Of a DNA stretch of 35,775 bases, positions 1-8,286 are shown piece by piece. A program made the position numbers and the translations under genes. Under the pieces are notes generated by a model, which was not told where the DNA came from, made no database searches, and was given only the letters and a program-made list of their open reading frames with translations. This DNA is from Candidatus Woesearchaeota archaeon (GTDB taxonomy: Archaea > Nanobdellota > Nanobdellia > Woesearchaeales > B29-G15), in assembly GCA_003650585.1 (NCBI GenBank), contig QMQS01000001.1, forward strand, positions 1 to 35,775, in the 5' to 3' direction. The stretch's first letter is position 1, and each line of letters starts with the position of its first letter.

Positions 1-40
1 AAATAATACTGTTAAATAAACCAAACTGAGGTGGTTAATT

Positions 41-763
41 GTGAATTTCATTAAGTGTATTGCTGAGGGTAAGGTTGATGAGTTCGCGCATAGGTGCTTT
101 GTGCGATATGGTATTGGTGAATACGAGAAAGAGCCATTGAAGATAATTAGAAGTGGCTCAGGTGTGAAACTGAGTGGTGGTTTTGAGTATGTGAATGCAT
201 TTCACAGGTTTCTTGCTCGACTCAACAATGGTGAGGTAACCATAAAAGGGGTTATCATAACGTCCAAAGAAATAACCTCGCTGCTTAAAACACTTGGTAT
301 AGAACCAATAGACATAAGCCAGCAAAGGATGAAGGGAACTTTCAAGTATGAATTATCACAAGAGGTTAAAGCAGGGGTGTATAAGGAGCTTGTTGAGAAG
401 CTGTATGATTGCTTCCTGCTTCTTAATGTTAGAACAGAGGATGCTAGGGTGCTCAAGGTCAAATCAACCAGCACACCAAAGATAGGCAAACCCACTCCAG
501 GGTTTGTAAGCTTGTTGCTTCTACCAGAGGATTTTGAAATTGTGGTAGCGGAGTTCTTGTTCGATGTGCCATTGGACGAGGCAATGAACGCAAGGAGGGT
601 TGAGATACTCCACACATATATTATTAATGAAATAGAGATACCCAAAGAGTATGAAAACGACCCGAAGATGGCAAGATTGAGGGGTATAAGAAAGGGTGAG
701 ATAAAGCGTAGTGTGAGTTTGGATGGTAAGCTATACCAAAGCACAATCCCTATGGAGGTCTGA
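41..763 (+). CDS. hypothetical protein, 240 aa, no family recognised
   Basis: Uninterrupted 240-codon ORF. GTG start lies 6 nt after GAGGTGG (28-34). The stop is 3 nt before the metG start, so the two are probably co-transcribed. I can assign no catalytic or binding motif. Confidence 0.6.
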   Translation: MNFIKCIAEGKVDEFAHRCFVRYGIGEYEKEPLKIIRSGSGVKLSGGFEYVNAFHRFLARLNNGEVTIKGVIITSKEITSLLKTLGIEPIDISQQRMKGTFKYELSQEVKAGVYKELVEKLYDCFLLLNVRTEDARVLKVKSTSTPKIGKPTPGFVSLLLLPEDFEIVVAEFLFDVPLDEAMNARRVEILHTYIINEIEIPKEYENDPKMARLRGIRKGEIKRSVSLDGKLYQSTIPMEV

Positions 764-765
764 GA

Positions 766-2919
766 TTGAAAAAGGATAGAGTGCTTGTTACATCTGCATT
801 GCCGTATGTGAATAATGTCCCGCATTTGGGTAATCTTGTGTGCGTTATAAGTGCTGACGTATACGCCAGATACCTTAGACTTAAGGGTGAGAATGTTATC
901 TATGTGCTTGGTACAGACGAGCATGGCACTACCACAGAGACAAGGGCGCTCAAAGAGGGGCTCACCCCTAGAGAGGTTTGTGACAAATACGCAAAAATCC
1001 ATAAAAAGATTTATGATTGGTTTGAGTGTAGCCCAGATTGCTGGGGCAGGTCATCCTCCAAGCACAACCATGAGTTAACCAAGGATATCTTTCTCAAGTT
1101 GCTGAGGAATGGTTACATAATTGAGTCAGAAGTGGAGCAGGCATACTGTGAGAAGTGTCAGCGCTTCCTCTCTGACAGATACATATTCGGGGTTTGCCCT
1201 TTCTGCGGTTATGAGAATGCGCGCGGGGACCAGTGTGAGAAATGCGGTAAACTGCTGGAACCGAAGATGCTCTTGCAACCGAGGTGCGAGATATGCAGTA
1301 CTACCCCTGTATTCAAACGCTCAAAGCATCTCTTTATTGACCTGCCGAAGATAGAGCCAAAACTGAGAAAATGGATAGCAAAAAACGAGTCAAAGTGGAG
1401 TCTTAATGCAAGGACAATGACCCATGCATGGCTAAAGGAGGGGTTGCAACCGAGGTGCATTACAAGGGACCTCAAATGGGGCATCCCTGTGCCCTATAAG
1501 GGGTATGAGAACAAGGTGTTTTATTCATGGTTTGATGCGCCAATTGCTTACATATCAATAACAAAAGAGAACAGAACAGATTGGAGGGAGTGGTGGCTAA
1601 ACCCAGAAAGGGTCAACCTTGTACAGTTTATGGGTAAGGATAATATCCCATTCCACACGATACTCTTCCCTGCATCATTGATAGGCACAGGTGACAACTA
1701 CACATTGATGAATGAAATCTCAGTTAATGAGTACTTGAACTATGAGGGTGGTATGTTCTCGAAATCAAAGCATGTGGGTGTGTTTGGTGATGATGCCATT
1801 GATACGGGTATAAAGCCGGACGTGTACAGGTATTATATAATGGTTAATAGGCCCGAGAAAACAGATACAGAGTTTGCATGGGAGGATTTCATGGAGAAAA
1901 ACAACAATGAGCTTGTGGCAAACCTGGGCAATCTTGTTTACAGGACCACATCTTTTGTTTATAGGTTTATGAATGGCTTAGCTCCAAACCCAAAAAAGCC
2001 ATTACCCAAATATGCTCAAGAGTTTGTGAAAGAATGGAAAGCAATTGTTACAAAGATCGATAATGCACTTGCCAAAATCGAGTTGAAGAGGGCCTTGAGG
2101 GGTGTTATGGAACTCTCAAAACTGGGGAACAGATTCTTTCAAGAGCATCAACCCTGGAAGGGAATAAAAGAGAATCCTGATGAGGCAAACACAACCATTT
2201 ACTTGCTTATTAATCTTGTAAAGGATTTGGCCATTCTTGTGGCGCCGTACCTACCTGCAACCTCGTGTGGCATTCAAGAACAACTCAGAATTAGCGGTTT
2301 AAGCTGGGCTTCACTCTGCCAGCTGAGTATTGAGCCAGGGCATACAATAAGCAAGCCAAAGATATTGTTTGAGAAGATAGATAAGGCTAAAGTGGAGGAA
2401 CTTAAAGCCAGGTTTTCTGGTCAAGGCAAAGCTGAACACCCCCTGGCTAAATTAGAGCTTAGGGTTGCAGAGGTTTTGAGCGTGGTGGAGCATCCCAAAG
2501 CAGATAAATTATACATCCTAAAAATCAACCTAGGAAAAGAGCAAAGGCAGATAATTGCTGGTTTGAGGGGCCACATGCCAAAGGAGGATTTGGTTGGCAA
2601 GAGGATAGTTGTGGTTGCCAATCTTGAGCCAGCCACACTGAGGGGCGAAGAGAGCAATGGCATGCTACTTGCAGCAGTGAAGGGAAACCAGCTTAGAGTG
2701 CTTGAGGCTCCTAGGTCAAAACCTGGTATGCGTGTCTATGCTGAAGGTGTTGAGTTCAAAAGCGGGCTTGGTAGGATTACACTCAACGAGCTCAAGGAGG
2801 CAAAACTGGCTGTGGAGCAGGGTATGGTGGTTTCAAGGGCGAATGGCAAGCCCAAACCACTTCGCACCAAACATGAGCCAATCAAGGTGGATATGCCTGA
2901 TGGCTCTTCTGTGGAGTAA
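766..2919 (+). CDS. metG: methionine--tRNA ligase with C-terminal Trbp111/EMAP-like tRNA-binding domain
   Basis: TTG start 6 nt after GGAGGT (754-759). Class I HIGH motif in ALPYVNNVPHLGN and KMSKS variant in GMFSKSKH. Two zinc knuckles (CEKC..CPFC and CEKC..CEIC). The C-terminal LRVAEVLSVVEHPKADKLYILKINLG...ANLEPATLRGEESNGMLLA matches the OB-fold tRNA-binding domain. Confidence 0.95.
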   Translation: MKKDRVLVTSALPYVNNVPHLGNLVCVISADVYARYLRLKGENVIYVLGTDEHGTTTETRALKEGLTPREVCDKYAKIHKKIYDWFECSPDCWGRSSSKHNHELTKDIFLKLLRNGYIIESEVEQAYCEKCQRFLSDRYIFGVCPFCGYENARGDQCEKCGKLLEPKMLLQPRCEICSTTPVFKRSKHLFIDLPKIEPKLRKWIAKNESKWSLNARTMTHAWLKEGLQPRCITRDLKWGIPVPYKGYENKVFYSWFDAPIAYISITKENRTDWREWWLNPERVNLVQFMGKDNIPFHTILFPASLIGTGDNYTLMNEISVNEYLNYEGGMFSKSKHVGVFGDDAIDTGIKPDVYRYYIMVNRPEKTDTEFAWEDFMEKNNNELVANLGNLVYRTTSFVYRFMNGLAPNPKKPLPKYAQEFVKEWKAIVTKIDNALAKIELKRALRGVMELSKLGNRFFQEHQPWKGIKENPDEANTTIYLLINLVKDLAILVAPYLPATSCGIQEQLRISGLSWASLCQLSIEPGHTISKPKILFEKIDKAKVEELKARFSGQGKAEHPLAKLELRVAEVLSVVEHPKADKLYILKINLGKEQRQIIAGLRGHMPKEDLVGKRIVVVANLEPATLRGEESNGMLLAAVKGNQLRVLEAPRSKPGMRVYAEGVEFKSGLGRITLNELKEAKLAVEQGMVVSRANGKPKPLRTKHEPIKVDMPDGSSVE

Positions 2920-2924
2920 TGAGT

Positions 2925-2946
2925 AATAGAAAAATATATATATGTG
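2925..2946 (+). promoter_or_regulatory. A/T-rich TATA-like element upstream of the six-gene surface operon
   Basis: AATAGAAAAATATATATATGTG sits in the 72-nt gap after metG. It is followed by a GAGGT Shine-Dalgarno (2978-2982) 9 nt before the ATG at 2992. Assigned by position and composition only. Confidence 0.4.
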
Positions 2947-2991
2947 GAACCTATTTTAGCAATTTGGATTTAACCCTGAGGTAATCGGGAA

Positions 2992-5130
2992 ATGAAAAGA
3001 AGAGGACAGGTTACAGTATACATTATTATAGCCCTTATAATTCTAATATCATTCTTGGTTCTTATCTACTTGAAGACAGGTATTAGAGGGGAGGAGGGAG
3101 AAGTTAGCACTGCAGTTGAGGAGGTGCCTGTCACATTCAAACCAATACAGCAGTATGTTGAGCACAACCTCCAATTGGCACTCCTCTCGGCAATCAAGAA
3201 TTTAGGCCAGCATGGTGGGTATGTTGACCCCTATACCTTTAGTCCACCCCCCAACTTGGACAACCCTACTGAAGCGATGGCGCTCAAGCCATTCCATTCT
3301 TCGACTAGGATATACCCTTACTGGTACTATATGGAATCCCCAAATTCCTGTGACAGCCATTGTTCCTTTAAAACCCTAATGCCTCCGCTCAGAAGCGAAT
3401 ACAAAGAGGGGGATCTAAGACCAAAGGATGATATGTCTATTGAGGCCCAGATAGATAGATATGTCAAAGCAAAACTCTCTGGCTTGGACTTCACCGATTT
3501 TAAGTTCCAGAACTTTGATGTGGTTAAACTGGCTGGACCAAAGGTCACAACCAGGATAGGCAAGGACAAGGTTTACGCAAGTGTGGTGTTCCCGCTTGAG
3601 GTTTCTAAAGAGGGTACAAGGGTGAGGCTGAGCAGCTTCAAGGCTAGTGTGCCAGTGGAACTCGAGAAAGTGTATGAGCTTGCTGGATTGATAACCAAGC
3701 ATGAACGCGACACACGGTTCATAGAGAGTTTTGTTGTTAACCTCCTGGGCACATACTCTGGCATTAACAAGGAGCGGTTGCCGCCTGTGGGGAGAACAGT
3801 TGAGTTCGGCACAAGCCCGGTGTATTGGCAACTTGATGATGTGAGGAATAAGGTCACAAGAGAGGTGTTGAGTAAGATATCTGGTATAAGTGTTAAGGGC
3901 ACTGCCAATTTCCACAACACAAACAACCAGTTCACAGGTGCAGTGGTCTCGCTTGGCGCCTCTAAGTTTGACGATATTGAGGTTTACTTTACCTTCCCTG
4001 ACACAAAACCATTTTATATGGCTATTAATGACCTCAGTAGTGGGTTTGTGGGTCCAAACACTATAACAAGGAATCTAATATTTTATAACTTTGTAATGAA
4101 TGAATATGCCTTTGCTTATGATCTATCTTTTCCAGTGCTTGTGACATTGAAACTGCCCAATGGGCTCAACAATGAGGATTACTTGTTCCAGTTTGCTTTA
4201 GAGGGTAACATCCGCTCCAATCAACCACTGTTTGAGGGTGCTAGCACCCTTAGCCCTGACACAGGGCACACAATGCTGTGTGATGAGGGACAAGAGCTCA
4301 GTGGTGATGTTGTAATCAGAACTAACACAAACGAGGGTCAACCGGTTGGGGATGTAGACCTCTACTACCATTGCGGTGGTGAGGGTTGCTACATTGGCAA
4401 GACAGACGCTACAGGCGTGCTTCACACAAAACTCCCTGTTTGTATTGGGGGTTTAATAGCTCCACTCAAGCAGCGCTATATAGGTGAGCCCGTGGAGTTT
4501 GATTCCTATCTTGACAAGCCAGGCCTAGTTACACTAACTCTAGATAAGACCAAGGCGTTTAAGCTTGAGGTTAACAAGCTGGTGTTTGAGCCAAGGGAGA
4601 CTTCATTTGGCTACAAATGGCCTCATGAATTGCCAGGGTTTCGTAGCTTGGGTTACACACCCAGGATTGAACCGTTGGAGGATGACGAAGAGGTCTTCGT
4701 TGTATTTAAGAGGATTGGCACGGGTGGCTTGACCACGTACCAATTCCCTGTGCAAGTGAAGGGAAGCGAAGCAGAGCTCCCAGAGGTTTTCCTTGCAGCA
4801 GGTGACTATGAGGTGCAAATGATGCTCATTAAGCACAGAGAGTTGGTCGTACCAGAGAACAAGTGTGGTCCTTTGAGCATAGGGTGCGTGCCCATGAACG
4901 AGACTGTGCTCAACTCTGTACAACTGGGTGGGGGCAATTTGAACGCCAACACTGGGTACTTCAAACTGCCATATGAATTGATGGACTCTGATAAGATTAC
5001 TCTGTATGCAGTTTATTTCAACATCTTTAGCATTCCGCAAGAAAATGTAAAACCAAAGGATTTGGGGGTTATATCAAGACTTGATGATTATTCGATGTAC
5101 TTTAGAAAATACAAACCGGGGTTTAGTTAA
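2992..5130 (+). CDS. large exported protein A1 (712 aa) with prepilin-like class III signal peptide, unknown family
   Basis: N-terminus MKRRG-QVTVYIIIALIILISFLVLIYL is a short basic leader ending in Gly followed by a hydrophobic helix. It is a paralog of 10911-12800, with collinear shared motifs: YV...L......AIK..G..GGY, [FY]PLEV, Y.F.YDL[ST][FY]PV.VT, and GKTD...LP. The segment VVIRTNTNEGQPVGDVDLYY..GKTDATGVL resembles a carboxypeptidase-regulatory-like beta sandwich (tentative). Confidence 0.85.
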   Translation: MKRRGQVTVYIIIALIILISFLVLIYLKTGIRGEEGEVSTAVEEVPVTFKPIQQYVEHNLQLALLSAIKNLGQHGGYVDPYTFSPPPNLDNPTEAMALKPFHSSTRIYPYWYYMESPNSCDSHCSFKTLMPPLRSEYKEGDLRPKDDMSIEAQIDRYVKAKLSGLDFTDFKFQNFDVVKLAGPKVTTRIGKDKVYASVVFPLEVSKEGTRVRLSSFKASVPVELEKVYELAGLITKHERDTRFIESFVVNLLGTYSGINKERLPPVGRTVEFGTSPVYWQLDDVRNKVTREVLSKISGISVKGTANFHNTNNQFTGAVVSLGASKFDDIEVYFTFPDTKPFYMAINDLSSGFVGPNTITRNLIFYNFVMNEYAFAYDLSFPVLVTLKLPNGLNNEDYLFQFALEGNIRSNQPLFEGASTLSPDTGHTMLCDEGQELSGDVVIRTNTNEGQPVGDVDLYYHCGGEGCYIGKTDATGVLHTKLPVCIGGLIAPLKQRYIGEPVEFDSYLDKPGLVTLTLDKTKAFKLEVNKLVFEPRETSFGYKWPHELPGFRSLGYTPRIEPLEDDEEVFVVFKRIGTGGLTTYQFPVQVKGSEAELPEVFLAAGDYEVQMMLIKHRELVVPENKCGPLSIGCVPMNETVLNSVQLGGGNLNANTGYFKLPYELMDSDKITLYAVYFNIFSIPQENVKPKDLGVISRLDDYSMYFRKYKPGFS

Positions 5131-8100
5131 ATGCGCACCAAAACAAGACTAGAGGCGTGGGCATTATGGATAGTTGCTTTTGTGTTGATGTCAGGGGTTG
5201 TTGAGGCCTCTGGCCACTTGTGGGATACAGTTATGTATGGGCAGGACCAGTTGCCCGGGTTCTTGCGTTCGTATGATAATTTCTATGCTGAGACTTATGC
5301 CGAGATTGATGGAGACTCAGAGATTACACCGGACCAGGTACGCTTTGGTCCATTAGAAACTCCGGCAGATATGTGCGTTTCTACCTTGGATGGGTACAAG
5401 TGTACTTTGAGTGTGAGTGACGAGGAATACTTGCCATCCCTTACGACTATACCAGTAAAGCTGTATGACGACTCTGGCCTGCTTGTGAATGAAACATTGT
5501 ATGACATTGTTGTGGACGGTTATGGTCCAGAGGTGGGTTTGTTGCTTGAGTCTGAGTTCACCAATGGGCAGCAGCCAGTGGTGGTAAACTACACTATCTT
5601 TGACACTGCCTTCCCAGATTCAGAGGTGTGCTCGGGCATAGGTGGCATCACAATTTCAATAGTTGGCGAAACAAATGAGACATTTGAGCTTAACCTTGAG
5701 GATTGCTTTGCTGAGGGGTCTGTGGAATTGGAGCTCAGCTCAGATGAGACATCATCTGAGGTGTGTGCTGTTGCCTATGATAGGTTGATGCAATCTGGGG
5801 CTTGGGAATGCGTGACTATTGGCATTGATTCAACCCTGCCTTATATACTCCCTGACTCACTCAGGTTTGAGTTTACTGACACCCCTGCTAACAATACCTT
5901 CCTTGCGCCAGGGGTTGCTTACCATGCTAATGTGTATGTGCGGGTTAATGAGAAGCATTTATCTGCCGAAGGGGTAACAGGCGATTTCTCAGCTGTAAAT
6001 TCGCAACAGAGCTCTTATGTGCTCAATGCAAGCGAGTGCTATCAGGTGGATGTTGATCTGTACGAGTGTGTGTTTGAGAATGTTGAGATTGTGTTGGGCT
6101 CAGAGAGCAATGTGGGGGTAGTAATTCAAGCAACAGACTTGGCAGGCAACACAGCCCAGTCCACGTTGTATTACTTGTTCATGCTGGATAGCACAGGCCC
6201 AGAGCCACTGAGCTTGATTATCAATGGTCAAGTGGGTGAGCCACAGTGGGTTGGCACGAGCATACCACTTGTTGAGGCAGACTTCTTGGAGGAGGGTGTT
6301 GGCTTGGTTGCCTCTCAAGTATACTTGGACCTCTCAAGTTTTGGCCTTGGTGAGGTGGCTGCAAACGATTGTTGGCAGCAAGACCAGGGTGTATGGCGTT
6401 GTACTTGGAATAATATCCAGATTGGAGCATCCACACAAGAGGAGGGTGTGATTGGCATTGGTTTGAGCACCACTGATGCAATCGGTAATCCCCTTGTTGG
6501 TGGGTTAAGCGTTACAGTACTGGTGGATTACTCACCACCAGAAATACTGAGCTTCAATCTCACTCAGCCAGAAGCGCCCTTCGAACTCCCGGACAATATG
6601 TACTTTGAGGGTATTCCTCTGGTGATGCACGCGAAAGTGCTTGAGGATAAGGAGCTTTTGAGTGTGCGCATTGACCCTGCTTGGATTAAGCTAATGGATA
6701 TATATAATGACACGAGTTTGATGGGCGGGCTAAACATCACAGCAAATGTTAGTTTGAATTTCACTGCTGATGTGAGCGAGTCTTGCAGTGCAGTTGGCGA
6801 TGGGATATGGGACTGCACCTATGTGCTAGAGTCTCCAGTGCCAGGGGTTTATGATGCGAGTTATGTGTTTGAGGATGCAGCTAAGAACCAGGTTATGCAA
6901 GAGAGTGACTTTACTGTGGTCGATTTGAGGCAGACAGAAACCCAATACTGGAATCTGGGTGAGGTTGAGAGAATGCCCTCTGCTGTGGATAGAAGCACTG
7001 CCCCATACATAAACCACCAGCTCTTGTTCCTTGTGCCACTTGTTAGGGTTGTTGGAGCAAGCTCAGGCGAATCCCAAGAGAGCTATTCACAACTCGATAC
7101 ACTGAGGGCACAGGGGTTGGACGTCAGCCCACCAGCCACAAGCGTGAGATTGCTTAAGGTATTGCTTGGCAATTGCTCTGGGGATACAAGTTATGTGTTG
7201 AGCAACACCATAGTTGATGGCTCTGATTTGGGCGAGTATCCATACATTGAGACAATACTGAAAAAAATGGAGATGCCATTGCGTGACCTCAATCTAACTT
7301 GCGAGATACAACTCTATTCACTTATCACTGCAGGTGAAGATGTCTGGGTGAATGAGAATCCAGAGGTAAAGTCTGTGGTGATGGAAATCCCCTTCTACGA
7401 TACAGAATTACCTAAAGAGGTTTTAGCCCAGAAGTTCGATGAGATTAAGCAGAGCACTGTTGTTAGGATGACTGACAACGAGTTGTTTAGGTTTGCCACT
7501 CAGATGGTAGAGTGGTCCAAGGTCGCTGCCAAAATGGACAATGCTTTACTACAAATTGCACAGGGATTAGAGGCCTTGGCTGGGTTGTGCCAGGGCTTGG
7601 CTTCTGGAGCAGACATCTGTGCCTTTGTTAGCACATTCTCACAAGGGGCAATGTCGTTACACGAGAGCGTGGCTCCGTTTATAGGTTGGCTCACTTGCGA
7701 TAAGACAATTGTGGGTGAGTTGATGCCTGATAGTGATTGGTACAAGACATGGAAGAACATGGGCATGTTCTTGGGTGGGGACTGGATGCTTGAGCAGGGT
7801 TACACAGAAGAGGAGATAACCAACCCGAAGAGGAGTCTTATAGCAAGCACTGCGATGCTATGCCTGCCGGGTATTGTAGACAACCTCAAACAGATGCGGG
7901 ATATAGAGTGTGGCTATGCATACTGCATACAAGAGGCATCCAAACTTGGAGTGCCATCAGATTATTGTAATGAGATTAGGGATTACGGTTGGTGTGTGGC
8001 TATGGGTGAAGAGGTACTGTACCTCATGCCGCTCCAGCATGTTTATAATGATGTTGCTGCAGCAGCGAACAGCGCCTTTACAAGCCCACTCCATTTGGTT

Positions 8101-8286
8101 GCAGAGGGTGCTGGGCTTATTTGTGAGTGGGGTGGCAATGTCGGGATTATGCAACATGTGTGCAACTTCATACTCATAGGCAAGATGCTCAATGGTGTCC
8201 AGATGGGGCTTGATGTGATTAACAATATGGCTGAGTACACAGCCCCAGTGGATTATTGTGCTCTATTGGAAAATGGTAACCAATAA
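5131..8286 (+). CDS. large secreted protein B1 (1051 aa): Sec signal peptide, about 5 Ig-like modules, C-terminal Cys-rich core; unknown family
   Basis: ATG directly abuts the A1 stop (TAAATG). Sec-type signal MRTKTRLEAWALWIVAFVLMSGVVEA-SG. Repeated domain-boundary motifs VDGYGPEV, IDSTLPYI, LDSTGPEP and VDYSPPEI are spaced about 104-120 aa apart. There are five C-x(8-14)-[WY]-x-C hairpin motifs and many NxS/T sequons. The C-terminal 260 aa is Cys-rich and alignable to B2. Confidence 0.85.
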   Translation: MRTKTRLEAWALWIVAFVLMSGVVEASGHLWDTVMYGQDQLPGFLRSYDNFYAETYAEIDGDSEITPDQVRFGPLETPADMCVSTLDGYKCTLSVSDEEYLPSLTTIPVKLYDDSGLLVNETLYDIVVDGYGPEVGLLLESEFTNGQQPVVVNYTIFDTAFPDSEVCSGIGGITISIVGETNETFELNLEDCFAEGSVELELSSDETSSEVCAVAYDRLMQSGAWECVTIGIDSTLPYILPDSLRFEFTDTPANNTFLAPGVAYHANVYVRVNEKHLSAEGVTGDFSAVNSQQSSYVLNASECYQVDVDLYECVFENVEIVLGSESNVGVVIQATDLAGNTAQSTLYYLFMLDSTGPEPLSLIINGQVGEPQWVGTSIPLVEADFLEEGVGLVASQVYLDLSSFGLGEVAANDCWQQDQGVWRCTWNNIQIGASTQEEGVIGIGLSTTDAIGNPLVGGLSVTVLVDYSPPEILSFNLTQPEAPFELPDNMYFEGIPLVMHAKVLEDKELLSVRIDPAWIKLMDIYNDTSLMGGLNITANVSLNFTADVSESCSAVGDGIWDCTYVLESPVPGVYDASYVFEDAAKNQVMQESDFTVVDLRQTETQYWNLGEVERMPSAVDRSTAPYINHQLLFLVPLVRVVGASSGESQESYSQLDTLRAQGLDVSPPATSVRLLKVLLGNCSGDTSYVLSNTIVDGSDLGEYPYIETILKKMEMPLRDLNLTCEIQLYSLITAGEDVWVNENPEVKSVVMEIPFYDTELPKEVLAQKFDEIKQSTVVRMTDNELFRFATQMVEWSKVAAKMDNALLQIAQGLEALAGLCQGLASGADICAFVSTFSQGAMSLHESVAPFIGWLTCDKTIVGELMPDSDWYKTWKNMGMFLGGDWMLEQGYTEEEITNPKRSLIASTAMLCLPGIVDNLKQMRDIECGYAYCIQEASKLGVPSDYCNEIRDYGWCVAMGEEVLYLMPLQHVYNDVAAAANSAFTSPLHLVAEGAGLICEWGGNVGIMQHVCNFILIGKMLNGVQMGLDVINNMAEYTAPVDYCALLENGNQ

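Noticed and set aside
202-1002. 266-aa minus-strand ORF spanning the junction of the first ORF and metG
   Set aside because: It is entirely antisense to two well-supported + strand genes, one of them an unambiguous MetRS. Its Ser/Leu-rich composition is typical of shadow frames, and there is no start context or promoter.
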